A DNA stretch of 64,000 bases. Source: Lytechinus pictus. Lineage: Eukaryota. A program made the translations under genes and the position numbers. The notes under the pieces are model-generated. The model did not search any database. It was given only the letters and a program-made list of their open reading frames with translations, and was not told where the DNA came from. How positions within the stretch are numbered: the first letter of the stretch is position 1; the number at the start of each line of letters is the position of its first letter. The stretch covers positions 24,492,001-24,556,000 of the forward strand of contig NC_087251.1 of assembly GCF_037042905.1 (NCBI RefSeq). The letters are read 5' to 3'. Positions 54,620 to 64,000 of the stretch are shown here, piece by piece.

Positions 54620-54893
54620 GGCCCTGTCTTACAAAGAGTTGCGATTGACCCATAGATATTTATCTCTATATATTGACCCGATCAACCACAACTATGGACG
54701 GCCAGCAACTTCTAAAATGCAAGTTTGTTCAAAATATGATCCGCATTCATCATTCTGTGGAAAAGTCAGCGTGTTTCTCTCCTTTTACTAGGAGATTGTG
54801 AAAATTTCCTGCAGAATAAATTATGGTATGGATGGATTTCCATACAGGTTAAGTTTGCTTGGATAAGTTGTAACTCTTTGTAAGACGGGACCC
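54620..54893. mobile_element. Small MITE
   Basis: gggccctgtcttacaaagagtt / aactctttgtaagacgggaccc. Confidence 0.65.
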
Positions 54894-55580
54894 TGATCTA
54901 TGGATAGACTTTATAAATTTCACAAGTTCAGTGAAGAATGTAGAAAAGTAGGGTAATTGGGAAGTTGTCCAGCTGGGAAATGCCAATGATCTGTATACTA
55001 ACTCCTTTAGCATTGCAATTGGGAGGATGTCCACATCAATAGTGATGTCAACATTCAAGAAATGCCCCCAACTTTCTTATTCAAATTTTTTCTCAAACTT
55101 CCATCAAACCAATAGAAGAAAAAAAATTAAGAAAAGCCAATGTCAGAACTCTTGTACCGGTGTGACGATATACATCATCCTACATACATGTAATCGGAAA
55201 AAACATTGAAGTATAGATGGCGCTACAGGGGTAGGTACGACGGCCCCTCCCTAAGATATTTCAAGCCCCTTACCCCAATCAATATACGATTGCATCACCC
55301 CTGGTAATGAATTACTGCCCAGAAACTTCATTAAGTGATCCAGTTGTGCCCTGTCCCCCATTTCCTCTTCTTTCAACCAAACTATTGTGCACAATTAAAG
55401 ATGGTACTATACACATTGCACACGGGTCGCTGACATGGAAATAACATGATCCTGCAGGTCCTTTTGAACGCAACTAGAAATGTTGTGCACTAGATTCATC
55501 ACTGCAGATTATGTGGAATTAACAGGAGTTATTTTCTTGTGGCTTATCTGATGATTGGTCTACACCTGCTTTATCTTCTG

Positions 55581-55845
55581 TCATGGTCTAGTGGTTAAGG
55601 CTTTTGTCTTTCAATCTGAAGGACGTGGGTTCGATTCCAAGCCATGGTGTTTTTCCATTCAGTAAGAAATTTACCCACATTGTGCTACACTCAACCCAGG
55701 TGAGGTAATGGGTTTCGGCAGGAAGTAATTCCTCAAAAAGCGGGGCGCAGCCGCACCGGAATCAGTAGAGTAGCTTGGCCGGGGTAATATAGGAGCACCT
55801 AGCAAGGTGGATACATGCGCTAAACAAATCCTATATTATTAATTC
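55581..55845 (+). mobile_element. tRNA-derived SINE
   Basis: tggtctagtggttaagg (A box), gggttcgattcc (B box), SINE body and tattattaa tail. Confidence 0.7.
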
Positions 55846-56635
55846 ATTATTTTATCAATTACTAGTTTGTCTAACCATTTGGTCTGATTGCCATTATCCG
55901 TTTTGTCTCATTTCCAGTTAGGGTATAACCATTTCATCTAAATCCACTGAGCTAACATCACTTGGTCTATATGGTTAAATAAACTGTTATGAAACAAATT
56001 TTCACTTGACTAAATGAGAATTAGACGAGGATGTTAAACTAAGTGTGGTGTAGACCAAACAGCAATCAGACCAAATGTCTTTAGCACATGTACGTAACTA
56101 TCTTTTTTTAGACCAAGTAAATATAAACCATGGTATAACTGTAAGTTGATCTCGATACATTTTAGTTGGATACGGCGACAAGGCACAGGAAACAGAGTGC
56201 ATGGTGATTCTAATGAAGACAGGTTTGGGTTTTGCGAGGTTGCTATCAAATTGGCGACTGCGCAGCATACCTTGTGAACTATTCTTATGTCATTCCTTTA
56301 AAACATCGACACATACATGAATTGAAAGTTTTGGAGAAAACCAATATCAGATCAATAACAAGATCCTTTTCTCTAATGATCCTTCATTCCCTTCTTAATA
56401 GTGCTCCGCTCCAACAATTTTTATTTTCCTTCCCCTCTCTCCTAACACACACGCAAACACCATCCTAAATGTGTACACTCTAACTTTTCCCATGTTTCCA
56501 TGAACTAAATTGAAACTCTATACCTTGCTTGCTAACACAGCAGCTCATGTCAGTACAGAAATTCCAGGATTTTCCCCAAACCATTTATATCTTTCTCCTT
56601 TTGTTCTGCCTGTATTGAAACCGACTTGACATCCA

Positions 56636-56756
56636 GGGGCCTGTTGCAGAAAGAGTTGCGTAATCCGGAATATGGGTGCTTCATTGGCTGAAAATCAAGT
56701 TGTGCAATATTTTTTTAAAGTTGTGTTTGATCGCAAGTCTTTCTGCAACAGGCCCC
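56636..56756. mobile_element. Small MITE
   Basis: ggggcctgttgcagaaaga / tctttctgcaacaggcccc. Confidence 0.7.
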
Positions 56757-59084
56757 AGGTGGTCTTCCCTATTACTAGATGGGCATTAAATTCATCAACT
56801 TTTTTATTAGGAATTTCTAGTAATCATCCCTGTGAGTTTTTCCCAAAACATTTTGCACTTCCTTTGGTAGTAAGCAAAACAGAAAATCTCTCTTGCCTCT
56901 AACATTTTCATCCTCTTATATTCAATTGAATTTGTACAAAAAAAATTGCCGAGATATTTGTTGATGTCTTAATCAGCCTAAAAGACAGCGGCCAAAATTT
57001 GTAAAACAAAATAACAAAGCTGGATGAACAGATCCGTAACAACTTTGAAAGCCAAGTTCTAACATAATCATGCCTCATTCGTCACTTTTGGTCAATAATA
57101 TCTAATTTCGTAAAAAAAAAGTATTGTAATTTCCATCTCTGAATACTTCTATGAAAGGCACACATTTAGTAGTAAAGATCAATCCAGAAATGAATCCCCA
57201 GGGGCAGTGACTTGTTTCCTAATTTTGATCAATATTTTACTTCACAAATTATTAAGGTATGTGGTCAAGGATCTAAAATTATTACCTGAAGACATCTTCA
57301 GTGGGAAAAGGATGCAATTCCTTGTTTGAATTATTTTTTGTTATCTGAAAGAGTTAACAATTTATGTAAAAATTTAAAAACTAAAGTGCACACATGTTTG
57401 ATATTTTCTCCTGATGAAAATATGGCATTGATGAGACAGGATAGCAGGAATTGCCCTGTTCCCATCATCAAAGACATCTTGGAATGGCATTTTCAAAGTA
57501 CCTGTGCATATATAAGGGATGCAAAGGCAACAATTTGAAAATAAAGAAGGACATATCTGCAGTTTGAATTGTCTCCAGATTGGTCTTGGATTTTGAGATA
57601 TAATCTATGGGAAGTTATTCTACATTTCTATTTCTTCTACTTGCTTCTTAACGAAGAGGCTAATTTAGATATTGTTTCATACACTTGTACCAGTAATCAT
57701 TTTTAAACTCAATGATAACCTAACTTCCATGACAAAGTTTGAAAACTTGAAATAAATTCAAACTTTTGGGTGACTACATTACAAGATATTGACTCCTACA
57801 TGTACATGTATATGTGATACATGTATAAATTCAACAACCCCCCCCCCAAAAAAAAAAAAAAAAAAACATTACAGAAAGTTTGAATGTTGGAGGTGAGCAT
57901 ATTTTCATTTACAGAATGTACAAATTGGCAATGCCATTTATTAACAGAATATCAATGAGTCTTTTTACGTGAACATGGTCTACAGACAAGATGAATATAC
58001 TTTAGGTAAAGGAACCTGTACAAAAATGATAAAATAAAGAGGATAAAAAAGGAAAATCAATGAACTAATACTTGAAGTGGGTCACACAAAGTTGTCTAAA
58101 TCATGAGAACTGATTGAAAATATGAGAATTAAGTCTCAGAACATGTAGACAAAATCATGATTTTGTTTTTTAAAATCCACCTTAGGAAATAATGGAAAAG
58201 TAACTTTTGACTTCTGAAAGTATTAGTCATATTACTTGACTGTGCTTGTAAGTACAAAGCAATTTCACCAGATCTTTACTGAGAGTTGAATTCTTATCAG
58301 AGGGCACCAGTCCATCAACTCTGTTTCAAATCTTGATAGTCAAGAATACAAGAACACCGCTCAGCCAACTGAGCTATCATATATAACCCGACTTGCATTA
58401 TTTTCTACTGCTCGACATGGCATGTATCATTCAGCTTTGGCTTGTGGTGCCAGCTATAACACTAAGAAAAGAAGAGTGATGGACATGAATCTAATGTTGT
58501 TTTCGTAGAGTGTGAAGTACACCAGCTAGCATTGTAGATGAAAACAGAAAATATGCCGATCATAAAGGTACACATGATATGAAGCAAAAGCGTCTTGAGA
58601 ATACACTGTTCTCACTTGAGCATGGTTGAACCAACTACCTTTACAGTTGCCGATATGATGTCCACTCAAATTTAGTTTGGGTCTTGTTTATAATTTGTTC
58701 CGCAGAGCTAAACAGAACATTCATGCACTGGCATAGCATCAAGTCCGACTCAATGAAAGCCACCAGATACGGCAAACATGAATAATTGCTGTGTTTCCAA
58801 ATCAGACTACTACAGTATACAAATGGATAAACATTAATTTTTGAAACAATTATACAGAATGCCACAAGATCAGACCAGATACTCGAGGAATATTCCAGAA
58901 AAATAGACGATGTGTGCAATTTACGAAAGCATTACAAAAGCAGTACAAAAATCCAAGAAGGAACATTTTGTTGGCTTTGGAATAGTAGATGGCACTTCTT
59001 GATCACAAAGTCCAAATGTATCGTGGCGGTAGTAGTGAAATGATCTACCAGTGCCAATATTTACAAGGTGCGATAACTAGTTTT

Positions 59085-61299
59085 CTACTTGGCAGTAGCC
59101 AGGGGGTTCTTGAGAACAAGGATCACACTGTCACCACGTAGAAACATCTTGGTGATATATCGATCTTTGTTGACTGGTTTTGATCTCTTCTTGCCCTTTC
59201 CTGCTTTGGGTGTCTCTGTCCACATCTCTTTTACATTCTCAAGGACCATGTTGCAATGTCTGTAGAAAAGGTTGAAAAAAAAAACCACATAAGGCCAAAT
59301 AAAGAGAAGGGTTCGTTTGTCATAACATAGGGGAATAAATAGAGTAGGCCGTTTTGTATTTTCATTGTTTTTTTCAGGTATGAAATGAATCACTTTTTCT
59401 TGTGTGTGGTGAGGCCCCCTGGCATATCATACAGGTGGCTAGAGCCATATACACTTAAAAAAAAGACTGAGGGTATGAGCTCATGACATGGATCACACCT
59501 TTCACAAGGTTCTAATAACGGGGGGGGGGGGGGGGGGGAACTTGGGTTAGCCTGCACTTTTTTTCAGGGGGGGGTACGTGGTGGACAAATTTTAATAACA
59601 AATTAAAACCGTCAGGATTTACTCTTTGAATGCTTTTACAGCATCGAGATGGCAGCTCAGCTACAACCAGGGTAATAACATGATACCAAGCATCAAGTGC
59701 ATGAGAGTATATGTACTACTACTGTAAACGCTGTTATTTTCGCGGGATTAATTTTTCGCTCTTGACGGCTTCAAAACATATTCGCGGGTTCTTGAATTCG
59801 CGCTGCACACTCCATAATAACAAAGTAACTTCCTTCTTGCCCATCTGTGAATGGTTTTAATTAAACATTTCAGCAACGAAATTGTATTTTTTAAATCATA
59901 ATTGTAGCTCTGAAGCGGCATAATTCAGCATTGTTTTGATCAAATCATGAGCTTTTGTGACATTTAGCGCAACCTGTCTTTGCGGGGTGGACATCGGGGA
60001 AGGCAAAACGGAGGCGCTGCTAGCTACTGGCCTGGTATGGACGGCCGAGCACCTGGTAAGGACTGGGGGAACACGACTATTCAAAGTGCATGGGATCAAT
60101 CAACAAAAATGGGCGATTGACCCAACGTCTTCTTAAAAACTAAACAAACACTCACCAATCAAACAGCAAAAGCAATTTATAACCAAAATCATAATTTAAA
60201 TACCGATCTGCAACTGTTAAAAAAATGATCACATTGCTTTGGAACAAATTCTGGCGATGCATATGATTTTGGAGCTCAAGCTTGCTTGCTTAAATGCCGC
60301 CCTCTATAGGTCAAATTATGCAATCTCTTTGCCAAAACGATACACGCAATTGAACCGCGGTTCAAAACTTGCCTTAAAATAGATGCTCATAAATTCGTGT
60401 GTTTTTTAAATTGCGCGTGTGCAAATTTTCGCGGCGTTCACACAATCAGCCCCCGTATATACTGGTCCGAAATAGCCCAGTTAAATGCCCCCCCCCAAAA
60501 AAAAAAAAAAATTTGATGTGTCTAAAGGACACAGATGCCACCGCTTAATGCGATGCAAATTCATTCATGCAAAGAAATTCATTCAAGATTGAACTTAAGT
60601 GCAGAAAAAAATATGCATATATATAATGAACAAATTTAGACCTTTGAACCAACTCGCATATATAATGAGCTGTGACCTTTGACCTGCGAACTCTGAATTC
60701 GAACTTAGCCTGTATTTTGGTGTCATCTACCTACACACCCAAATTTTTTTTAAGCTGTTGAATATTTTAGAAGTTATCATGCGGAAACCAACTCACATGT
60801 TTAATGAGCTGTGACCTTTGACCTGCAGACTCCGAATTCGAACTTAGCCTGTATTTTGGTGTCATCTACCTACACACCAGATTTTTTTTTAATCCATCTA
60901 ATATTTTTTGAGTTATTGCGCGGAAACCAAGTGGGGGGATGGACGGACGGACAGGGGCAACGCTTAATGCCCCCTCCGGACTTTGTCTGCGGGCATAAAA
61001 AAAAATTATTTCACAAAGGATACAAATTTTACTTTTTTGCATAACTAGTCTCATTATATACCACAGTTGAAAGTTTGACATCATTCGCCTAGATTATTCT
61101 TAGTCTGAATCTTTTCATGTACCTGTCAAATGCCTTGACACGTCCTAGTAGCTTCTTGTTGTTTCTGCAGTTGATAAGAACTTGTGTGTTGTTTTTGACA
61201 GATTGAGTGAGGACAGAGAGTGGACCAGTTTTGAATTCTTCTTCCTCTCTCTTTTCCAGTTCCTCTTGGCTCATTTCTGTCTTGGGCTTTGTTAACAGC
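59085..61299 (-). CDS. SNRPD2: Small nuclear ribonucleoprotein Sm D2; exons 61123-61299 and 59085-59259, first (start-codon) exon not identified
   Basis: [74 protein letters not shown]...[26 protein letters not shown], near-identical to Sm D2. Phase-2 GT-AG intron. Candidate polyA signal near 57937. Confidence 0.95.
60511..61005 (+). mobile_element. Second HINE/DINE-like family: two ~140-bp units, GGAC microsatellite, 3' hairpin
   Basis: Duplicated unit aaccaactc.cat...gtgacctttgacctgc...tacacacc, then ggacggacggac and atgccc...gggcat(A)n. Confidence 0.6.
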
Positions 61300-62046
61300 C
61301 TGAAGAGAAAAAGAAAAGAATAAATTGTAAAAAAAAAATACATGAATAAAACATTGTAGACATCATCAGGGGGTCTTCTTTATTGCAACTAATTGGTTGA
61401 ATTCAAATACCTAAACATTAACAATGAACATTCAAATCTTAAAAATGTAGAAACAATGTGAATTTACATGCAATTATCTACCATTTTATTCAAAATGAGA
61501 CTACAATTTATCATGTAACTGATTTCAATACAATATACTGCATTCTTTCATTAATCCTAGGTACATTTAGGATTCTTGCCAATTTGAGGATTGGTGGGTA
61601 TATCACTGAATCGCTGTAATAGATCCTAACGAAAGACAGAAAGACATGATATCTACACAGTTTGACCTGCCATCCTCGCGCATGCGCATGCAGTGTTTTG
61701 AAATCGGCAGTGAATAATATGTGCGAGGAACTCGATGCTGGCTCTAAATCACCAATTTTGGGCTATCCGGAGGATGGATATGGAGTGAAATTAGGATGAA
61801 AAGTAAGAAATTAAGTCATTCATATCCCTCGTTATATATATTTTTTTAATTTTTACGATAACCATGATTGCCATCCCACCTTTGTGACTCCGTATATCCG
61901 AAATGGCTCACGGTCCCGATGTTCGGGTAGGTGGAGCGTAGTCACTAGTGTAGCGGTAGTGAAGTGGAGCCTGCACGAACATCGGCCGAGGTAGATCACA
62001 CGTTACGTAGTGTAAAACATTATGGGAGGGGTGACCCCCCCTCCCC

Positions 62047-62488
62047 CAGTAGAGGCGCACGGCCAATATGGGAGACTGTCTCCCATGAGAGATTATCTCC
62101 AATATCAGAGACTTTTGTAAAGAATTTGGGTATCCAATTTCAGAGACAGTCTCCAGTTTGGTAGACCAATTTCCTTTGTTTACATTTGCTGCAAAAGGAT
62201 TAGCTTGGCGGCAAATAAAGATGTGATAAGCAGATTTCTCATGAAAAATTACCACTTTTCACCATCTACTTTAAAAATCCACCATCTACTTTTGTTTTGA
62301 TAAGGATTTTTGTTGTCATCCACACCCAAAACAAATGGGCTTCTGACCTCAGTGAGACAAAATTTTGGATGGAAAAAATTACACTTTTGTTGGTGTTGTT
62401 TCTTTTACTCTTTTGCAAAGCAAGTCTCCAATATGGGAGACAATCTCCCATATTGGAGAGTCTCTCAATTGGCCATGCGCCTCTACTG
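62047..62488. mobile_element. MITE with CAG termini (hAT-like)
   Basis: cagtagaggcgcacggccaat / attggccatgcgcctctactg; subterminal atgggagac repeats; no clear TSD. Confidence 0.75.
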
Positions 62489-62496
62489 ACATATTA

Positions 62497-63431
62497 GGTG
62501 GTTTCAGACCGCCTCGAAGTTCGTCAGTTCCAGGTATTCTCTGATCGGGAAATTTACCCCGATCAGAAAATACCAGGTATTTTGGTAATGTGAAAGCAAA
62601 CTACGCATAATTTCCCCGAAAGAAAATACCCGCTAAATAGTAGGTACTTGGCGAAATTACGAGAACTTTCGCGGGGATTTTTCCAAGGTCGCAAGTATTT
62701 TGGCAATGTGAAAGCAATTTACGGGAACTTTTAGCCCAGCGTGCCGTTGGGCGCGGGCGCCGTGGGTGGCTGCTGGGCTAGTGATTTTGAATCTCGCGCC
62801 TTGCCTGCTTATACAGACCTAGACAGCTGGCAGCCGTCTGTTTCGAGGAGTTTTTTAACATTTTTTTTTTTTAAATTCTCCTCGTACACAGACGGCTCGC
62901 TAGCGTGCAGCCACCATTAGGGGACTTGCAATGCGAAATCCCCCCGTCGGGGCTCTTCAATTTTTGTCTTTAATAAATAAAAATTTTGAAAATTAACGCG
63001 ACCAAAATGCAAATTAATATTCCCTCTTAGGCTAAGCATTAATTGCCCCAAAACGGAGAAAAATCAAGTTAAAAGGAACAAAAACAGTGACTTACCTTGG
63101 CTGTCGCGCAAATTCACTTCCCCGTTTTATCCGATCTTAAGTACATAAACATATGGCCATTGAGTCCCCTGTACAGATCGCGCTAGAACTTCGGTCTCTG
63201 TATTTGGTGAGTGAAGCCAACGGAGTTCAGCTGAACAACCAACATAACAGTGACCGAAGCTTTTGGTCCAATACAGACCATACTGCGCATGCTCGTAACT
63301 TCAGGAACTTATCCCAAAGGGTGTGTTTCGGGGCGGTGTGAATGCAGGAATAATTAATGGGTATTTTTTAGCCTAAAAATGTTCTTGTAATTTAACAGGG
63401 ATTCTTGTGATCGAGGCGGTTTGAAACCGCC
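62497..63431. mobile_element. PIF/Harbinger-like MITE, TTA TSD
   Basis: tta|ggtggtttcagaccgcctcga ... tcgaggcggtttgaaaccgcc|tta. Confidence 0.8.
62820..63270. mobile_element. Hairpin-terminated element, subtype X, with perfect 9-bp TSD
   Basis: atacagacc|tagacagctgg ... gcttttggtcca|atacagacc; nested in 62497-63431. Confidence 0.85.
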
Positions 63432-63583
63432 TTAAGTCCGGCAAATCACGCGATAATTAAAATGTGCTGTAATGTGAATATGTAGTCATCACAACCCAGA
63501 CTCCAGAGTCATAAAAGCGTGGAAATCAAAATAAATGAAAAAAATTGACATCCATATAATTATAAATCCAAACTCTTATTTAA

Positions 63584-63995
63584 AGGACAAGTCCACCCCA
63601 ACAGAAAGTTGATTTGAATAAAAAGAGAAAAATCAAACAAGCATAACACTGAAAATTTCATCAAAATCGGATGTAAAGTAAGAAAGTTATGACATTTTAA
63701 AGTTTCGCTTAATTTAACAAAACAGTTATATGCACAACGTCCTTATTGTCAAATCTATAAAAAATGAAATATTGTACAATTAAAACAATAAAAAACAAAA
63801 GAAATAGTGAGTGATGGACATCATCGACTGACTAACCTAGTTGTGCATATCACTTTTTTGTGAAAAATAAGCGAAAATTTAAAATGTCATAACTTTCTTA
63901 TTTTACATCCGATTTTGATGAAATTTTCAGCACTATGCTAGATTCATTTTTCTCTATTTATTCAAGTCAGCATTTTCCTGGGGTGGACTTGACCT
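63584..63995. mobile_element. TTAA-flanked (Kolobok-like) MITE
   Basis: ttaa|aggacaagtccacccca ... tggggtggacttgacct|ttaa. Further partial copies at 1-310, ~37960-38234 and ~44400-44845. Confidence 0.85.
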
Positions 63996-64000
63996 TTAAT

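Overview
AT-rich, intron-containing animal genomic DNA. The repeat style suggests an invertebrate deuterostome such as a sea urchin; this is inference only. Three spliced housekeeping genes can be reconstructed by hand with consistent reading phase. (1) INO80 chromatin-remodelling ATPase, minus strand: 24 coding exons from 28170 down to 820, 1300 codons, 3' end beyond the window start, probable non-coding first exon near 31.6 kb. (2) An SRSF4/5/6 (B52/SRp55-type) SR splicing factor, plus strand: CDS 40634-48331. It has a 45-nt Gly-rich frame-preserving exon with a GC donor, and candidate poison/NMD acceptors in the RRM2 intron. (3) Sm D2 (SNRPD2), minus strand: 59085-61299, first exon unresolved. 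Introns and intergenic DNA are dense with non-autonomous elements: Helentron/HINE-like tandem-repeat elements, TTAA-, TA- and TWA-flanked MITEs in nested stacks, a 1.5-kb foldback palindrome, tRNA-derived SINEs and a LINE 3' fragment. The most unusual observations are three. A hairpin-ended element family (9-bp TSD in one copy) clusters at gene 5' ends and carries YY1/CRE motifs and splice donors. Three separate duplications of a 3' splice site plus exon start sit inside INO80. The SR gene shows an alternative-splicing architecture. No prokaryotic-type system or CRISPR array is present. All coordinates were read by eye.
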